A program made the translations under genes and the position numbers. Below are positions 9,773 through 19,646 of a DNA stretch of 20,000 nt, piece by piece. The DNA comes from Dimargaris cristalligena (taxonomy: Eukaryota): positions 60,187 to 80,186 of the forward strand of contig ML002219.1 of NCBI GenBank assembly GCA_003614675.1, given 5' to 3'. Every line of letters starts with the position of its first letter. The stretch's first letter is position 1. Under the pieces are notes generated by a model. It saw only the letters and a list, made by a program, of their open reading frames with translations. It did not search any database and was not told the origin of the DNA.

Positions 9773-11422
9773 ATGGCCGATTCCGAAAAGAAACTCATCC
9801 GCGAAGTATGGGCCAGCAATGTCGAGGCCGAGTTCGCTATCATCCGGAACTTGATTGAGAAATACCCATACGTGTCCATGGTAAGAATGCTGTACTCCCC
9901 CCTACTTTTTGCATTCCGTATGCCTTGTGGAGGAGGAGGAAGAAACAGCAAGTAGGCATATGCAGATGAATAGCCCGAGATGAGTACGGACAGGTGCATC
10001 CCCCTTCGTCTCCGTTGACGATTCTAGTCGTGCCCATTTTATGCAGCGGGGCCCATTGTCCCGATTCAGCGACCACTGGGGGGTTTTCCCTCGTGCCTTA
10101 CTCTCACTCCCTCCCCCCCCCGAGTCTCTACCCTGTGGAATATATATAACACCTGGTGCATTTTCTTCATGCGGCTCTATGAACTCCCATAGTACGAGGT
10201 CATACTACCGACGCGTTATTTAATCCCGATTATGCCCCATTGTTCCATAACCTTACCGCCTGTGTTTCATTCCTTTTGGTTTCAGGATACGGAATTCCCC
10301 GGAGTGGTGGTGCGGCCGATGGGTAACTTCCGGTCCAGTGCCGACTACCACTACCAAACTCTGCGGTGCAATGTGGATCTGCTAAAGATTATCCAGCTAG
10401 GCATCACGTTTGCCGATGAGTATGGCAATTTCCCACCCGAGGCCAGTACTTGGCAATTTAACTTTAAATTCGACCTCAAGTAAGTTAAATAAAACCATCC
10501 GGAAGAAGTGGGATTGGAAACGCATAGTGTTTATTACCCCAGGGCTGTGGGCGGATATTACCGTGACTCGAGTACCCAATTCATTAACCCCCCCCCCATT
10601 TGTATCTATTTTAACCCAACCCACTCGGCCAATATGTTTGGTATGGCTATAAACATGATAGTGAGGACATGTATGCGCAAGACTCGATTGACTTACTAAC
10701 GAATTCGGGCATCGACTTCAACAAGAACAAAGAGTACGGCATTGAAGTAGAACATTTCGGCGAGCTCATGACCACGTCGGGCCTAGTGCTTATGGACGAT
10801 GTCAAATGGATTTCCTTCCACAGCGGCTACGACTTCGGCTATCTACTCAAAGTACTCATGTGTCATAAGCTACCCACCGACGAACAGGGGTTTTTCGACA
10901 TGCTGGGCACGTATTTCCCGTGCATCTACGATATTAAGTACCTCATGCGTAGCTGCAAGAACCTCAAGGGCGGCCTTCAAGACGTGGCAGATGACCTGAG
11001 TGTGCCCCGGGTAGGACCCCAGCACCAGGCCGGCAGTGATAGTCTATTGACGTCAGCAACGTTTTTTAAGATGCGCCAGATTTTCTTTGACGATAAGATT
11101 GACGACGAGAAATACCTGTAAGTGGCTAGAACTGGGGGGTGGTTGGATATTAGCTATAAATTGCACCGTGGGGTGGTAGGGAATTATCGGGTGTGACTAT
11201 TAATTAGTGGACTAGTGTGTAAGTTTCCTGACTAACTTTAATGCCTATATATTATATTCATCACTATCCCTCTTTTTTATGTATTTATTATTTCTATACT
11301 ATCGACGATACAATAGCGGGTATTTGTACGGACTTGGTCAGGGCCATATTTCGACCCACGGCGCACCATTTGTATCCAACAATTCCATCAGCGTAGGCGG
11401 TCGGGCGGGTACCCCAATTTGA
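9773..11422 (+). CDS. CAF1: CCR4-NOT deadenylase subunit Caf1/Pop2/CNOT7 (DEDD family), 287 aa; exons 9773-9880, 10286-10479, 10662-11117, 11317-11422
   Basis: Spliced translation: IREVWASN...[17 protein letters not shown]...[17 protein letters not shown]...[22 protein letters not shown]...FHSGYDFGY...IYDIKY...[10 protein letters not shown]...KYL|GYLYGLG. Three GT-AG introns (9881-10285 GTAAGA..TTCAG; 10480-10661 GTAAGT..GATAG; 11118-11316 GTAAGT..AATAG) keep the frame, total 864 nt. Catalytic D-T-E, D, H and D residues are intact. Confidence 0.96.
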
Positions 11423-11799
11423 ACGGCGCACTGATTTCCGGAAGTCCATATTCCCCTTGTTGCTCGATATCTGGTGGAACCACGGGATGACTTGGTTGGA
11501 TCTAGTCACCACCGCCCCGTGATACCATTTACTTAGGAAGCGGGGCACTCGTCATTGGAGGAGAGGCCCTTTGACCTACTGATTTGTCATTATAGATATA
11601 TTTATAAAGCCATATATATATATAATGTTTTTTCGGTGTGGGGTTTTTTTGAGACGATAATTCAGGTATTATGTCTTTTTTTTTTTTGATGACCGGTTGC
11701 TTCCGATAGACCCGATGATCAATGTGTAATCTGGGTAGTCTAAGTCCTATTTCGGGGGGAAGGGGTGGGAGAAGACGCAGGGGTGGATAAAATTAGGTA

Positions 11800-11840
11800 C
11801 ACGGTCTGACCCAAAAATTTTGCCACTAGTGCTTTAAAAT
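11800..11840 (+). repeat. Mariner TIR (left, 3' end of the transposase)
   Basis: Inverted match to 13064-13104, preceded by TA. Confidence 0.9.
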
Positions 11841-11876
11841 GAAAACGGTTTAAGGTATTTACATATTTTTTACTGT

Positions 11877-12919
11877 TTATTCAAAATAAGATCCTTTTTC
11901 ATCAATGCACTACTGTAATTGCCTAAATAATGAGTAGAAGCAGCTTAGAAATCTATCCTTTGAGATACCCTTTAGGATGTTGGTCACAGTGTCTTGGGTG
12001 TCCTGTATGGAGCTGCAACACTCCCCTTTTATAGCCAGCTTAAGTTTTGGGAATAGCCAGAAGTCAGCTGGGGCTAGCTCAGGTGAATATGGTGGGTGGC
12101 TAAGTATTACTACACCTCTTTTAGCCAAATATGCCCAGATAATTTTGCACTTATATATAGGTGCATTATCATGGAGGAGACTCCAGGATCCCTGCTTCCT
12201 GTACTCTGGCCTTACATGGTTGATCCTTGCTAGTAGGTGTGTCAAGACTCCCAGGTAGTAATGACTGGTGACTGTTTGGTCTTGGGGAGTGAATTCCTAG
12301 TAGATAATCCCCTTGGAGTCAAAGAAAACAGTGAGCAAAGTCTTGATTTGGCTCAGTTGAAGGTGTGATTTCTTCAGTCTTGGATCTTCAGTACCTACCC
12401 ACTCAGAGAGTTATTATATTTTGTTGATGGCTCATATTGGAAGTACCAAGTCTTGTTGCCAATAATAATACTTTGGGCAAAGTTTTGGTCATTCTTGCCT
12501 ATTTTCTGTATGTCTAAGCTGTAGTCTACTCTGGATATCATTTGGTCATTAGTTAGCTGGTGGGGGATAAACTGGGCATGGATCTTTTTCAGATGTAAAT
12601 CCTTAACCAGAATCCTGTTGATAGTGAAGTTAGGTATTCCAGTCATACCCTTAAGTAATCAAGTGATCATCTACTAGTCAGTTTTTAGGATATTAGCAAC
12701 CATTTAGATGTGTTGCTTGCTACACCCTTCCTTTAGGTGTCCTGAATGGGAGTTACCCTCAATCTCTTCCCAACCTTCTTTAAAGCTCACAAACTAATGG
12801 AAAATAGTCACAGCACTATCCCCATGGATATTTTGGATTATCTCCAGGGTCTCATTGGCACTTTTTCCAAGCTTATAACAGAGCCTAATGTTTAATCAAA
12901 TTTTGAATTTTGAATACAT
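11877..12919 (-). pseudogene. Mariner transposase pseudogene (multiple stops, one frameshift near 12405, first catalytic Asp->Asn)
   Basis: MYSKFKI*LNIRLCYKLGKSANET (HTH region)...AQFIPHQLT (WVPHEL-equivalent)...IIIGNKTW (TGDETW)...IKTLLTVFFDSKG...HVRPEYRKQGSWSLLHDNAP...HPPYSPELAPADFWLFPKLK...GSYFE*. There are 34 residues between the HDNA Asp and the final Asp. Confidence 0.93.
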
Positions 12920-13063
12920 GATAAGGTAGGAAAAATTGACTTAGGAAAACTAGTATAGTAATAAAACTAAAAATGCTGGAGCTTTAAAATTTTCCCACAT
13001 AATAGAGTTTTTATTTACCTATTTAAAACTGTTTTACATTGAAAGATAGTGCATGCGAAACCG

Positions 13064-13104
13064 ATTTTACAGCCCCAGTGACAAAACTTTTTGGTCAGAC
13101 TATG
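13064..13104 (-). repeat. Mariner TIR (right, 5' end of the transposase)
   Basis: Inverted match to 11800-11840, followed by TA. Confidence 0.9.
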
Positions 13105-13925
13105 TAAGTCATTGCCTGTTATTCCCTTACCCATGGGACCTTATCCACACTTCCCTACTGGCTGAATGGGGGCCGCTGGGATGGTATTGTTGCTTGCTGG
13201 GTGGAAGGTGATTGCACTGGGATTTACGAATGCGTTACTGTTGCTACTACTATCCTGATTATTGTCTTGATTATATTTTTCATACACCTGACCCCTCATC
13301 GCCATAATTAAAATTATAATTAGTTTATATTATGCCTCCAAATAGGTGCATTCCCGATGGACTGACTCGTTATTTTTAAAATATCACATCACGGCATTTC
13401 GGGTGAGGTGGGGGTGATGCATTGTAGTGGGAACGGGAGAAGGACAGGGGGTGACGACGGGGATGGTTCGTCATAGGCGGGAAGAGTCGTTTCTAAGAAG
13501 CCTCCTGACCCCCCCCCCCTTTCCCAATTGGTGGCGGCGGCCCAGGGAACGGGAGGCAGCCTGGTCGGTGAAAAATGGTGAATGATTTTCGGAATCTCGA
13601 CCCTTCCTTTCCCTCCCCTCCCTACACCCAAACCGACAGACGGACAGATACACGCACACCGACACACAGGGGTCGCATGGGGAGAGAGTGTTGGGTAATG
13701 GAGAGTGGGTGGGGCTTGGGAACAAAGGAGCAGGTCGTTGCACGAGGTTGTGCGGGATATAATGGAATGGTGGTGTATAGAGGAAAGAGGGATATTCCCT
13801 ATAACGAGCGAACGAACAGCCAGGCCGGTAGGTGGGTGGGTAGACAGACAGGTAGGTGGGTGTGGGTATAATACTTGGCTAATATGGAGGGACGGGGGGG
13901 ACATATACAACAAGATGCGAGAGGG

Positions 13926-13960
<35 letters not shown>
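13926..13960. repeat. Compound microsatellite (GT)n(AT)n
   Basis: Seen directly. Confidence 0.9.
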
Positions 13961-14173
13961 GGTTATAAGAGTGGTTGGTGGGTTGAAGGCGTTTGGTTAC
14001 AGTGCAACAGTCTTTAGTGGGGCGGGTGATTCGACGGGATGCATTGGACCGGGGGTGGGGAAAGCGGAAGGGATAATATATGGGTGCGGGTGACGAAGCA
14101 ACACGGAGAGAGAGAAAGGGGGGGCATCGAATGGCAAAGCAGAACCGGGGTGGGGCGGTGTATTTTTTATGAT

Positions 14174-14197
14174 TATATATATATATATATATATATA
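14174..14197. repeat. (TA)n microsatellite
   Basis: Seen directly. Confidence 0.9.
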
Positions 14198-14536
14198 CAT
14201 TTTGATATATGTATATAATGCGCGCGGGAACGGACGGATATGCGGGCCCACGGTGGTTGGGGAGTGCGGGGACGGGACCAATAGGGCCGCAGCCGAGGCC
14301 CCAGAAGGGATGATGGACGCGGGAAACGAATAAGAAGAAAGGAAAGTAGCGACGGGAGGAGAGGGGAGCGCCCGTCGGAAATGGGGGCGACGGACCAGTC
14401 AGTATAGTCCACATTGGTGTGTGACGCGCGTGTGGGCCGGCGGCGGCTTGCGTATGTACATTTGACCTACAATAAGGGAAGAAGGGGTGAGAGAGGGAGG
14501 AGTGTGGACGGAGGTGCGGGATAATACATGTTAGGC

Positions 14537-14557
14537 GAGAGAGAGAGAGAGAGAGAG
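14537..14557. repeat. (GA)n microsatellite
   Basis: Seen directly. Confidence 0.9.
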
Positions 14558-14824
14558 GGAGATGGACGGCACCGATATCGAGTGCGACGGCTAGCTAAAG
14601 GGGGAGAGAATGTGGCCGCCGGCCCGACTAGTCTCGATGGTAAGTGCTGTATATATATTATACAGTACGAGAGAGGTTCTTTTCCCCACAGTGCATGCGG
14701 AGCGGGAAAGGACAGCGACGGAGGGAGGGAAGAGATTGCCACACTTCTTGCGGAGACGGTATGGTTTTTGGGATGCGGCTAATGTGGGCCGAATAATAGG
14801 CGTACGCAGGGGCCTCCGACTCTC

Positions 14825-14907
14825 CTTTCTCTCTCCGTCGGGCCAGCCCCGCCATGGCCGGTCCCGGCCGATCGGCCGTGGCGGGACGGAAGTTTGGGGG
14901 GAGAAAG
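14825..14907 (+). other. Long GC-rich stem-loop with G.U pairs (candidate structured RNA)
   Basis: 16-bp stem 14848-14863/14870-14885 (14 Watson-Crick + 2 G.U), extended by 14834-14838/14886-14890 and 14825-14833/14899-14907. Confidence 0.5.
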
Positions 14908-15163
14908 AAAAGCGATCGGCCGCCAAGTAGCTCAATAGGACTGACTGGGTTATGTATTGCCTTAGTAATTGCCTCCCGTTTGGCTTGCTGCTGACGACGA
15001 CCGGCTAATAAGAAGGAGCTGCGGATGATGGGGGTTCTGCGTCGGTGGTTGGACAGGAGTAAGAACGAGGAAGGGGCGGGTTATTCGGGCGTCTGGGATT
15101 GGCGGCGTCACGGAGAAGACTCTCTTTCTTTCGGCTTTCCATAGTGAAACCCCCCTCTCTTTT

Positions 15164-15170
15164 TATAAAG
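15164..15170 (+). promoter_or_regulatory. Putative TATA box of the Myb/SANT-like gene
   Basis: TATAAAG upstream of a long C/T-rich leader (about 15250-15790) that precedes the gccATGg start. Confidence 0.35.
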
Positions 15171-15793
15171 GGGGGGGGCGTCGATGGGATTATTATTGCA
15201 GCATTTTTATAGTATAGTATAGTTTTAGTGGGTGTTTAGCCTGGCTCCGGCCCCCCCGTCTCACCCTCGTTCGCCGCCATCGGCCCTTTTTTTCCGCCCC
15301 TTGCCATATGGATTTTCTCTCCCATTCTCCCATATATACCATTAAACACTTACGTCTCTCGCCTCGCCTCGCCTCGCACGCCGCGCGCTCCTTCCGAACG
15401 AGACCTTTCCTCTCCCTCTTTACCTTTCCTTTCCCTTCCCTTCTCTTCCGCTCCTCCCTCCTCTTCCTTCTTTCTCCTTCGGCCGTCCCTTGTTTGCCAC
15501 GATTACTTACCCCCGGCTGTCTTCCGCATTTCTTGCTTCGTTCCCGTTGCTCGCCATCCCGTCTGTGCGAGCCAAGCCTACTTACCAACCGACTGACTGA
15601 TTCCTGCCTTAAAGTCTCTCTCTTCCCTGTCCGCAGCCCACCTATCTACCTCCCCGTTTCACTGTTCTCTTACTCCTTATCCTTCCTATTCGTCGCCGTC
15701 GTCGTTGTCGTTATCGTCGTCAGCCGCCCCCTTTTCCACCCTAACCCCCTCTTCTATATCCCTTCGGCTTTACCGCATATACCTTTGTCCGCC

Positions 15794-17488
15794 ATGGACT
15801 TACCGGCCAGCCTCTCCCCGTCCCCCGAGCCCAAGCACGACGACGACCACATGCTGGACGACGGCTTTGCCCCCACCTATCAGGTCTCCCCTGTCTCACA
15901 GCCTCTGGCCTCTTCCACCCTCCCCCGCCACCCCGCCGACACCCCCTCGGCCGCCGGTTCCGGCGCCCACCGCGCCTCTCTGGCTAGCCAGGCCCGCAAT
16001 GTCAATGCCTGGCCCCATGAGGAAGTCGTCATGGTCCTCGAAGAAGTCACCAAACCCGAGGAACTCGAACTCTTCAAGCAGGGCAAAAAGGGCCAGGCCC
16101 TCAAGAATGTCTACGATTTGCTGCCCCACCGCTCCCGCAGCGCCGTCCACAATAAACTCCGCCAACTGGACCGCAATTACAAGGAACTGGTCGAACAGAC
16201 CAAGACCCGCCAGTGGAAGGTCCGTGTCCAAGGTCTGACCCCCGAGCAGATCCATGACAAGCTGGTGCAGGAGTTCCGGTACTGGGACTACCTCGACAAA
16301 ATCATCACCATGTCCGACGACGAGGCCGCCAACCTGGTCGACAAGCCCCACCACGGCGGTGGTCATCACCACCACCAACACCATGCTTCCGGTGCCGGCG
16401 ACCCCTTCAGCACCACCCCAACCTCCGCCCACCATCCCCATCATTCCCGTTATAGTGATAATTACGACATGGACGACGAGGATGGCATGACCGCTAGTCT
16501 GCATTTATCCGACAGTGAACCCGAAGACAGTCACTCGGCTTCCAATGGCCGTTACCATTCCGCCACCTATGTCTCGGCCACTGCCGCCCCAGGCGCCTCA
16601 ACCTCAGGCATCCACCAAATCCAGCACCACAACCACCACCCCGATCACCCGGCCGAGGAACATTCGTACGACCCTTCGGCCGGACCTTCCGTCCGCTCCC
16701 CCTTACATCCCGCCTACGCTTCCGATGGGCACCATGTGCCGTCCGCCCACCACTCCACCCTCCCCAACCCGGCCATGGCCCACTCTAATAGCAACCACAG
16801 TAATCATAGTCCCAATAATAATGCCACCACCACCACCCCTAATAACAACCACCACCTCCTTAATTCCGCCACCCCCAACAACCACCACCACCACCACCCC
16901 CCCTCCACCCAAAGTAATGGCCAACGCCCTCCCATCGCTACCCTAAATACCACCCCGGCTTCGGCCCGGAAACGAAACCGGCCCTCCGCATCTTCCCTCG
17001 CCGTGACTGCCGGTCGGGAACGGGACCGTAATACCCTTAAACGGCCCCGCCCTTCTACAACAACAGCAACAACAACAACAACAACGGGCCCTTCCGCCCA
17101 TGCCCATTCCTCCCATCCACTTCCCCCCCTCTCTGCCACAGCCGCAGCCCCCATCAATGTAACCCAGGAATTTGCCCTCTCCCCCTTACCCGCCGAAATC
17201 CTCCAAAAACCCGACATGTACCTCGCCGCCCGTAAACTCGAACTGGAGATGCTCCAGGTACGGCACCAGATTATGCAAGACCAAGAACGGGCCGTACTCG
17301 ACCGGAAGAAGTTTGAATTCGAACGGGAACAGGCCCACTACCTCCGTAAAAACGAAGCCCACCGCCTCAACATGGAAAAACAACACAATGACCTAATGTT
17401 AATAGAAGCTAAAAGTAAAACGACGGCTCTGCAGTGGCGTATTCGCTCCCAGAATGCCGATTACGATTCGGCGTCCGACCGTGAATAA
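15794..17488 (+). CDS. Putative Myb/SANT-like (trihelix/MADF-type) DNA-binding protein with His/Asn/Thr-rich disordered region and C-terminal coiled coil, about 564 aa
   Basis: Start placed at gccATGg (15794), where codon usage becomes strongly C-ending. Domain NAWPHEEVVMVLEEV...RSRSAVHNKLRQLDRNYKEL...EFRYWDYLDKII matches the W...R-x-x-x-x-[VI]-x-x-K-x-x-x-L...Y/W-x-x-L-D pattern of Myb/SANT-like domains. NLS-like RKRNRP and KRPRP motifs. C-terminal heptad-like ARKLELEMLQVR...RKKFEFERE. Confidence 0.78.
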   Translation: MDLPASLSPSPEPKHDDDHMLDDGFAPTYQVSPVSQPLASSTLPRHPADTPSAAGSGAHRASLASQARNVNAWPHEEVVMVLEEVTKPEELELFKQGKKGQALKNVYDLLPHRSRSAVHNKLRQLDRNYKELVEQTKTRQWKVRVQGLTPEQIHDKLVQEFRYWDYLDKIITMSDDEAANLVDKPHHGGGHHHHQHHASGAGDPFSTTPTSAHHPHHSRYSDNYDMDDEDGMTASLHLSDSEPEDSHSASNGRYHSATYVSATAAPGASTSGIHQIQHHNHHPDHPAEEHSYDPSAGPSVRSPLHPAYASDGHHVPSAHHSTLPNPAMAHSNSNHSNHSPNNNATTTTPNNNHHLLNSATPNNHHHHHPPSTQSNGQRPPIATLNTTPASARKRNRPSASSLAVTAGRERDRNTLKRPRPSTTTATTTTTTGPSAHAHSSHPLPPLSATAAAPINVTQEFALSPLPAEILQKPDMYLAARKLELEMLQVRHQIMQDQERAVLDRKKFEFEREQAHYLRKNEAHRLNMEKQHNDLMLIEAKSKTTALQWRIRSQNADYDSASDRE

Positions 17489-17630
17489 ATGAGAATAGTT
17501 TCAATGAGATTTCATTTGGTGTTTCTTTTTTATATAAAACAAACAAACAAATAGTGCCTTTCCCCCCCTTCCCTCCACCCCATTATTCGTATGTATAAAT
17601 ATATTATTTATATAATATATACATACCTTC

Positions 17631-17649
17631 CTCTCTCTCTCTCTCTCTC
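17631..17649. repeat. (CT)n microsatellite in the 3' region
   Basis: Seen directly. Confidence 0.9.
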
Positions 17650-19636
17650 AGCGGGAGTGTCTATGGGTGTTTCTTGTATGAGTGTGTTTATGTATGATGT
17701 CTTTAGTTTCCTATGCGCCTAGGTACGCGTCAGCTATAATTTTCCTCTTCATGGTTTTTTATGCCTGCCACTCCATTTGACAGTTTATATATATATTATT
17801 TAAACGGACATTTGCTCTTGGGACCTGACTAAAACTCCTCCCCTCACTTCCCAGCCCTTTCGCTATTTTTACTACAGTCATGTTTTCCCGTTATTTGCTT
17901 CGGCCATATTCGACCAGAGGGACTGTAAAAGTGACATCTTCGGTATACTTCCCCCCTCCATACACACCTACACCCACCCATTCCTATTGATTCGTTCTTC
18001 ATTCACTATGTCTTTTTACATATACATACCGATATATACCCTTGACCCATTTTTACAAATACATACATAGACTCTCCCCCTCTCGTATACTCCACCCCTG
18101 CTTGACTAGATTATACCCGCTTTTCTCGCTCATTAATTTAAAATCCCCTCAATTCGATCGGTGAATTTTTGTCTATCTTTTCATTATCCTTTTTATTTTT
18201 AAATCTCGAATAGCCATCACTATTACTATAAAGTCGGACCTGTTTATTATTGTCACCTCCCATCCTATCACCAGCCTTATTTTTTTATTTCTATACATAA
18301 AAGCCCCAAAAAGAATACAAGGAAAACTTAACAAGGGCCTTGGGTTGTTCAAATGGTAAAATGAACATGGAATACCCGGGCGGGTGCCGTACTTCCCCCC
18401 TGGCTAATCTAATCATTCATCGGGTTCTAGCACTAATGATTACCCCCACTTGTCAGAAGAGGGTGGAGTCCTAAAAAAATAGTTAAAAAAATCCCCCATT
18501 CAGTACCGATCATCCGCGTCGATCATAAGGAAGAAACGACCCTCTATATATATAAACCGGCCCGCCGTGGTTTATTATTAAAAATTTGATTACAGCCTAT
18601 CTAGTAAAAAACCCCCTTTTCCCGTCCAATTCATACCTATTGATTTATTCGCCCTCCCCCTGCGTAAAAGAAGCATGATGCGAAACATATAGTGTATCTA
18701 TTGACTGATTGGTTCGGCTATTATCTCTCCCGACTGAGTGGGGATGGTCATTTATGTGCAGGTAAAAGGTGGGGAAGAGGGATATATATTTATGAATAGA
18801 GACGTCAACAGAAAAACCGGTTCAGCGGAAGTCAAAGAGTGGGGAGATCGCACACACTACTACCACACATGCGGGCTGCAGATATACATTGTGCGGCTTT
18901 TTTTAAAAAAATATTTTTTTGGAGGAGAAGGGGGAGTGCTTCTTTTAGTCGTATACGTATGCCATGCAGCGCACATAAATACCGGTGCTATAACGCCATT
19001 TCGTTGACTGCTACTTCATATACATACACGTTTAGATATAAATATACCACTTTATTATTATTTTTTATTAATAAATCTATCTATCTAGCTCTTTTATCTA
19101 TATTGTAGGATTCTTAAATGGGTCATAAACATACACGACAGAGTAAATCGTGAGACGGGTCTATTAATAAGCGAGACCACGGTAGGGGTAATGAGAGAGA
19201 TCATGCTATCGAATAACACTTATTAAATAACTGAACACCGACCGTATTCCTTTCGGGCTAAATCTAAACCTGGTTCAGAACCTAGACCAACTTATAGCAT
19301 CGCCAAGGGTGCGACATCCTGGTAACTGTCAACTGCTTCTAGAAACGTCTTCATATATATGCTCGGTGCCGTCGGGAGGAAGAATTGCATGCGGATAGAA
19401 CTAGGCATCCATTAATCCCTTCAAACCAAATCCAGAATAATACCAATCCGATAGTTAGATATAATAATCCTCCCTCCCCAGCGTAGATGTTATATATAAT
19501 TCTCAACTACGAACAATAAAATACAAATAGTTTCTTAATTCGGGGTTACACAAATAAATATATAGTAACTGAAGAGCGTGCGAGAGTATCCACTGCTCTA
19601 ATGCAAATCCCAATTAAATTATAATTAAAAAAGGTC

Positions 19637-19642
19637 AAAAAA
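19637..19642 (-). terminator. RNA polymerase III terminator (T6) of tRNA-Tyr
   Basis: A6 on the + strand (T6 on the - strand), 4 nt downstream of the tRNA 3' end. Confidence 0.85.
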
Positions 19643-19646
19643 TGAG

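Larger units (their letters stand above)
11800..13104 (-). mobile_element. Full-length (1305 bp) inactive mariner (Tc1/mariner, DD34D) DNA transposon
   Basis: Flanking TA at 11798-11799 and 13105-13106. Imperfect TIRs CACGGTCTGACCCAAAAATTTTGCCACTAGTGCTTTAAAAT (11800-11840) and rc(13064-13104) CATAGTCTGACCAAAAAGTTTTGTCACTGGGGCTGTAAAAT are 33/41 identical. Internal transposase pseudogene. Confidence 0.95.

Noticed and set aside
9881-11316. Possible minor (U12) or non-canonical introns in CAF1
   Set aside because: All three have ordinary GTAAG donors and YAG acceptors, with no RTATCCTT signature.
13389-14414. 341-aa minus-strand ORF
   Set aside because: It translates through microsatellites (YIYIYI, THTHTH) and has a non-ATG start and no domain, so it is probably a compositional artefact.
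15308-15793. In-frame 162-aa N-terminal extension of the TF ORF with a hydrophobic stretch
   Set aside because: The region is a C/T-rich leader where stop codons are rare by composition. The translation is low-complexity (L/S/P/F), and the ATG at 15794 has a strong context where coding-like codon bias begins.
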